This document shows positions 59,291 through 64,000 of a DNA stretch of 64,000 nt, piece after piece. Every line of letters begins with the position of its first letter. The first letter of the stretch is position 1. This stretch comes from Abditibacteriaceae bacterium. Its GTDB lineage: Bacteria; Armatimonadota; Abditibacteriia; Abditibacteriales; Abditibacteriaceae. A program made the translations under genes and the position numbers. The DNA lies in the NCBI GenBank assembly GCA_965277285.1, contig OZ255721.1, positions 160,001 through 224,000 on the forward strand. Reading direction: 5' to 3'. A model generated the notes under the pieces. It saw only the letters and a program-made list of their open reading frames with translations, did no database searches and was not told the DNA's origin.

Positions 59291-59358
59291 AATCTGCAGT
59301 ACTCGATTCTTTTTCTTCGCGCTCTTCGCGGTTAAATCCTTTTGAGTACTCGAACATT

Positions 59359-62214
59359 ATGAGCGAACAAGAACGAATGCAGCAACAGCGCGACGGCAGC
59401 GCGAACTGGCGCAAATGGGGGCCGTATCTTTCCGAGCGCGCTTGGGGCACCGTCCGCGAAGATTACAGCGCCAATGGCACCGCTTGGGAATATTTTCCGC
59501 ACGATCAGGCGCGCTCCAAAGCCTATCGCTGGAACGAAGACGGCTTGGCCGGAATCTCCGACGACAATCAATATCTGTGCTTCGCTCTGGCCTTGTGGAA
59601 CGGTCAGGACGCGATTTTGAAAGAGCGCGCCTTTGGCCTGACTGGAAACGAAGGCAATCACGGCGAAGATGTCAAAGAAATCTTCTTTTACCTGGATAAC
59701 ACGCCGACGCATTCTTATATGAAGTGGGCGTATAAATATCCGCAGGCGGCTTTTCCTTACGCCAATCTGGTCGAAGAAAATCGGCGGCGCGACAAATCTC
59801 AGCCCGAATACGAATTGTTCGACACTGGCGTTTTTAATGACAATCGCTATTTCGATGTTGTTGTCGAGTACTCGAAAGCGAGCACCGATGAGATTTTGAT
59901 CGCAATCTCCGTCACCAATCGCGGCGATACGGCTGCTGAATTGGAAGTGTTGCCGACGTTGTGGTTTCGCAACATTTGGAGTTGGGGCAAGCACACGCCG
60001 TGTCCGCAAATGCAGCACGCGCCCGAACACGAGACTTTCGAGTACTCGATTGTGCAAGCGACGAGCGTTCCTCTGGGAACTTATTATCTGGCGTGTCAGC
60101 GCGAAAACCTCGATCCGCAGCTCTTGTTCTGCGAAAACGAAACCAACAATCAGCGTTTGTACAACACGCCCAACGCCAACACTTACGCCAAAGACGGCAT
60201 CAACGATTTCGTCGTCAACGGGCAAGCGGATGCCGTCAATCCCGCGCAAAGCGGAACCAAGTGCGCGGTTCGTTATCGCTTGAACCTCGCGGCGGGCGAA
60301 ACGCAGACTTTGCGATTGTGCTTGAGCGGCGAAGTTCCCGCCTCGGGTGTTCTACGAGCAAGCTGGGAAACCGTTTTCGCGGCGCGCCGCAAAGAAGCCG
60401 ACGATTTTTACGAAACGGTAGCGCCCGAAGGCGCCACGCCCGACTTGAAAATGGTGCAGCGCCAGGCTTTGGCGGGTTTGTTGTGGAGCAAGCAGTTTTA
60501 CAAATACGATGTGCGACGCTGGCTGATGGGCGATCCGACCGAACCAACGCCGCCGCCTGAGCGATGGCATGGTCGCAATCACGATTGGACGCATTTGAAC
60601 AATCACGACATTATTTCGATGCCCGACAAGTGGGAATATCCGTGGTATGCGGCGTGGGATTTGGCGTTTCATACGCTGGCGATGTCACTGGTCGATTCCG
60701 ATTTCGCCAAAGACCAGCTTATTTTGCTGCTGCGCGAATGGTATATGCACCCAAACGGTCAGTTGCCGGCTTATGAATGGGCGTTTGGCGACGTAAATCC
60801 GCCGGTTCATGCGTGGGCGGCGTTGCGCGTTTATCGCATCGAGCGCAAGCAGCGCGGGCAAGGCGACACCAATTTTCTGGAACGTGTTTTTCACAAGCTG
60901 CTGATCAACTTTACGTGGTGGATCAATCGCAAAGACGCCGAAGGCCGCAATATTTTTCAGGGTGGCTTTCTGGGATTGGACAACATCGGCATTTTTGATC
61001 GCAGCGCGCCGCTGCCCAATGGCGCGCGCCTGGATCAGGCCGACGGCACTTCCTGGATGGCGATGTATTGCCTTAATATGTTGGCGATTGCGCTTGAACT
61101 GGCAGGCGTGGACAAGACGTATGAAGATGTGGCGACCAAGTTTCTGGAGCACTTTTTCTATATCGCGCACGCCATGAACGACCGTCCAGCAATGGCGACT
61201 GGGGACGATGGCGTGGATTTGTGGGACGAAGAAGACGGCTTTTACTACGATGTTTTGCACCGTAGCGACGGCGGCAACGAGTTTGTGCGCGTGCGCTCGC
61301 TGGTCGGCCTGATTCCGCTTTTGGCGGTGGAAACGCTCGATCCGGCTTTGCTCAATCGCTTGACGGGCTTTCGTGAACGGATGGAATGGTTCATGGAACA
61401 TCGCCCCGATTTGACCAAAGACGCCGCTTCGGTGATGTCGGCGGGCGCGGGCGGGCGACGCTTGTTTTCGGTGGTGGACGAAAGTCGCTTGCGTCGCATT
61501 CTCAATCGAGTACTCGATAGCGATGAGTTTTTGTCGCCGTATGGCTTGCGTTCGCTGTCGCGCTTTCACCTGGAACATCCAGTCGAAATCAGTCTGGAAG
61601 GCACATCGCACAAAGCCGACTACGAACCGGCGGAATCGACGACGCAGCTTTTTGGTGGCAACTCGAACTGGCGTGGCCCGATCTGGTTTCCTCTCAACTA
61701 TTTGCTGATCGAAGCTCTGCAAAAATTCGATTTCTATTACGGCAACAGTTTTCAAATCGAATGTCCGATTGGCAGCGGCGAACCTGAAACGCTGTGGAAC
61801 GTTTCGACCGACCTTTCGCAACGCTTGATTTCGATTTTCGCGCAGGACGACAATGGGCAACGCGCCGTTTTTGGCGGCAATCAGACGTTTCAAAACGACC
61901 CGAATTGGCGCGATATGATTCCGTTTCACGAATACTTTCACGGCGATAACGGCGCGGGATTGGGCGCGGCGCACCAAACCGGCTGGACGGCGCTGGTGGC
62001 CAAACTGATTCAGCAAAGCGGCGCCCAAATGAACGATGGCGCTGGTAACGACGCGGCCAACACCGATAACGACAACTCTGATAACGACAACACCGATATT
62101 GGCGGCAACGACAACGCTGGCAGCGTGAGTAACGATGATAACGCTGCGACCAAAACGTTGAACAACGACCTGGCCAACGATGCCGCCAAAGGTGCGAACA
62201 ACGACGCCGCGTAA
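59359..62214 (+). CDS. GH63/MGH1-like glucosidase with Asp/Asn-rich tail
   Basis: [67 protein letters not shown]. Confidence 0.9.
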   Translation: MSEQERMQQQRDGSANWRKWGPYLSERAWGTVREDYSANGTAWEYFPHDQARSKAYRWNEDGLAGISDDNQYLCFALALWNGQDAILKERAFGLTGNEGNHGEDVKEIFFYLDNTPTHSYMKWAYKYPQAAFPYANLVEENRRRDKSQPEYELFDTGVFNDNRYFDVVVEYSKASTDEILIAISVTNRGDTAAELEVLPTLWFRNIWSWGKHTPCPQMQHAPEHETFEYSIVQATSVPLGTYYLACQRENLDPQLLFCENETNNQRLYNTPNANTYAKDGINDFVVNGQADAVNPAQSGTKCAVRYRLNLAAGETQTLRLCLSGEVPASGVLRASWETVFAARRKEADDFYETVAPEGATPDLKMVQRQALAGLLWSKQFYKYDVRRWLMGDPTEPTPPPERWHGRNHDWTHLNNHDIISMPDKWEYPWYAAWDLAFHTLAMSLVDSDFAKDQLILLLREWYMHPNGQLPAYEWAFGDVNPPVHAWAALRVYRIERKQRGQGDTNFLERVFHKLLINFTWWINRKDAEGRNIFQGGFLGLDNIGIFDRSAPLPNGARLDQADGTSWMAMYCLNMLAIALELAGVDKTYEDVATKFLEHFFYIAHAMNDRPAMATGDDGVDLWDEEDGFYYDVLHRSDGGNEFVRVRSLVGLIPLLAVETLDPALLNRLTGFRERMEWFMEHRPDLTKDAASVMSAGAGGRRLFSVVDESRLRRILNRVLDSDEFLSPYGLRSLSRFHLEHPVEISLEGTSHKADYEPAESTTQLFGGNSNWRGPIWFPLNYLLIEALQKFDFYYGNSFQIECPIGSGEPETLWNVSTDLSQRLISIFAQDDNGQRAVFGGNQTFQNDPNWRDMIPFHEYFHGDNGAGLGAAHQTGWTALVAKLIQQSGAQMNDGAGNDAANTDNDNSDNDNTDIGGNDNAGSVSNDDNAATKTLNNDLANDAAKGANNDAA

Positions 62215-62236
62215 AATACACAGTAAGTCGCGGATT

Positions 62237-62289
62237 AAAAAGTCAAAGCCCAAATGTCAAAGTAATCGACATTTGGGCTTTGACTTTTT
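62237..62289 (+). terminator. Intrinsic terminator hairpin
   Basis: AAAAAGTCAAAGCCCAAATGTC-loop-GACATTTGGGCTTTGACTTTTT. Confidence 0.8.
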
Positions 62290-62859
62290 CTGGGCGCTGA
62301 ATTCGAGTACTCGATAGACGCGGATTCTGTTCGATACCAAAGATAAATTCCTGTGTTCGATGATGTACATGGTTGCCACGAGGCATGGAAGTTGGTAATG
62401 TTCGTTAAAGCCCCAACGCACATAGCGACAGCGTTCACCAATAAGTGTTTTTGCAGGACGATGTAGGAAGATTTGCAATTTTTTGCAAGCCGTCTTTTGT
62501 TGGTGAATGCACCAAGTGAAGTTGGATAAGGGAGGTGAAGAGTTCGCTTCGAGAAGCCGCCCTGGATTTTAAGCCCTGTTTTCGCATTCTTCGCGTTGCT
62601 TCTTTGTAGATACCGTTTTTTGCCGATACCGTTTTTGCTGATGCCGCTGTTTTACCGCTATTTTCTTATGGCATTGTGAGAACTTTGGCCTTTTTTGAAA
62701 CAACGTTGCCATCGCATTGACGTGCATTCATGTCGTTGACTTGCCCTGAACCGAATCCGCTCCCGATTGGCTCGGTTTGCTGGCGTCTTGCAGAAAGAGA
62801 ACTTCTTCTTTTTCGACGATGGTCTTCGGCTCCCTGCCGAAGTCTGTGAGGACAGAATT

Positions 62860-63780
62860 ATGCACGATCCCGACGTTCAACTTCAAATTAGCGAACTCGA
62901 TAAAGTTCGCGCTCAACTGCGTTTGTGGCGAACGCTTCTCTCGGTTGGTTTTTTGGTCGTCACCCTGGGCAGCATCGCCGTTATCAGCAAAGCGGCGCAC
63001 GATTTATTTACTCCCGGCCCGACGCAGGACGAATTCACTTCGACACTCACCGCAAACTTACAAAAAGATGTCGTCCCCACGCTTCAAAGCAAAGCTACTC
63101 AAGCCCTGACGCAGATGCGCCCCGAAATCGAAGACTCTTTCCAGAAATTGAACGGTCGCGTGCCGGAACTTTCGCAAGCTTCGATGCAGGAAATTAGCAC
63201 GCTGCAACAAAACGTGACAGCCAGCAGCGAAAAAACGCTGCAATCCACGCTGGGCACGATGTTGGACTCCAAAGAAACCAAAATCAAGCAGATGTTTCCC
63301 GATGTAACCGACGACAAAATCAAGACGGCTTTGCAAAACGTCAGTCAGGAATCACAAGATCGCTTGCTTCATGCACACGACACTTTGTTTTCAAAGCACA
63401 CTGATGCGTTGTACAGCATTATGAACCATTTGTCGCAAATTCAGGCGACGGAAAAGGTTAATCCCCAATCCGAAAAAGCCAATTGGGAAATGGGCGTCAC
63501 GTTGCTCGATTTGATGCAAAGCCAGGTCAAAGATCTGCAACCCATGATGACTTCGGCTTCCACTTCTTCCACGAGCACCACTTCGACGACAACATCGCGC
63601 AGCACAACATCGAGTACTGGAACCGTAAGTCACGCCGCCTCAAATGTGCCCAAGCCAAATTTGTCGCCCGGCGCCAAACCAACACAAGGCGCCAAACCAG
63701 CGCCAGCCGCAGTCAAACCGCAAACCAAGCCACAAGCCAATAAGGGGGCAGCGAATGGAACCCAATCGTCCGGATATTAA
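62860..63780 (+). CDS. Hypothetical single-TM helical protein with Ser/Thr/Pro-rich tail
   Basis: GAGG RBS, one TM segment, amphipathic helical body. Confidence 0.7.
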   Translation: MHDPDVQLQISELDKVRAQLRLWRTLLSVGFLVVTLGSIAVISKAAHDLFTPGPTQDEFTSTLTANLQKDVVPTLQSKATQALTQMRPEIEDSFQKLNGRVPELSQASMQEISTLQQNVTASSEKTLQSTLGTMLDSKETKIKQMFPDVTDDKIKTALQNVSQESQDRLLHAHDTLFSKHTDALYSIMNHLSQIQATEKVNPQSEKANWEMGVTLLDLMQSQVKDLQPMMTSASTSSTSTTSTTTSRSTTSSTGTVSHAASNVPKPNLSPGAKPTQGAKPAPAAVKPQTKPQANKGAANGTQSSGY

Positions 63781-64000
63781 TAACCAACGTGTTGAAACAC
63801 CTTCTGTCGTTCCGGTCGAGCGCGCCGAAACTCCGGTCGAGCGCGTGGAAGTCCCAACGCCTCCATCTGGCCCTTCGGTCGCAGCGGTTCCTTCGCAGGT
63901 CGCGGTAACGCCCGCCGAAGGCAATCTCGCGGCTCAGTACATCGCCAAAGAGCTGGCGCAGTTCCGCGTTGCCTTGCAGCGCACGCAGATTTTCGGTTCG
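63755..64000 (+). CDS. Hypothetical protein, partial (runs off the window)
   Basis: AAGGGGG RBS-like site, ATG 63755, open frame MEPNRPDINNQRVETP... to the window end. Confidence 0.55.
   Translation, partial: MEPNRPDINNQRVETPSVVPVERAETPVERVEVPTPPSGPSVAAVPSQVAVTPAEGNLAAQYIAKELAQFRVALQRTQIFGS

Larger units (their letters stand above)
1765..62314. repeat. Dispersed highly iterated 12-bp palindrome TCGAGTACTCGA (46 exact copies, usually flanked by A/T)
   Basis: Exact copies start at 1765, 4268, 5836, 6621, 7557, 8717, 9932, 11626, 12568, 13746, 16530, 22957, 23786, 25036, 25563, 27094, 28565, 30888, 31429, 32819, 33520, 34819, 35279, 36155, 38032, 39991, 42316, 43686, 44684, 45448, 46680, 47773, 48149, 48668, 49298, 50036, 54219, 54570, 55911, 56066, 56688, 57881, 59864, 60038, 61506, 62303 (hand count). 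Confidence 0.97.

Noticed and set aside
60685..62253. Long antisense ORFs (522 aa here; also 452-1531, 3115-4155, 39740-40891, 44743-45831, 56921-57871)
   Set aside because: They are shadows of well-supported genes on the opposite strand and show no recognisable motifs.
1765..62314. TCGAGTACTCGA as a cloning linker or adapter artefact
   Set aside because: Copies keep reading frames intact in conserved genes, occur as natural-looking variants and sit symmetrically in terminator stems. Read-level confirmation is still advisable.
62609..62665. Short GATACCGTTTTT(T)GC direct repeats
   Set aside because: Only two good copies plus decayed ones; no supportable function.

Overview
Bacterial chromosomal window with moderate GC. 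Gene content (DUF1559/H-X9-DG pilin-like protein, solute-binding protein fused to an ABC permease, many secreted glycosidases) suggests Armatimonadota/Abditibacteriota; this is inference. About 45 CDS: serA, surE, lipA, rpmE-DUF1385-prfA-prmC-LMW phosphatase, sugar ABC transporter, NDH-2, GH13/GH5/GH63-like enzymes, a large multi-PAS hybrid kinase and a HEAT-MoxR-vWA locus. Two signals are not explained by ordinary annotation. (1) The 12-bp palindrome TCGAGTACTCGA occurs 46 times exactly by hand count, plus about 15 near-copies. It lies in all three reading frames of genes, in most intergenic gaps and at the apex of terminator hairpins, like a HIP1-type highly iterated palindrome. (2) An array of four tRNA-like genes (5498-5932) shares one non-canonical body (8-bp acceptor stem GGA...TCC-A, 5-bp T stem, short variable loop) but carries four different anticodon arms (CAA, GCT, GTC, GGC). 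It sits directly upstream of an SDR/LRR pair that converges on the HEAT-MoxR-vWA locus. Also seen: a 21-bp heptad-coding repeat in frame behind the AAA ATPase UGA stop, a ~180-nt candidate structured RNA, a split DUF1385 gene and several REP-like families. All counts and folds were done by eye and should be confirmed computationally.
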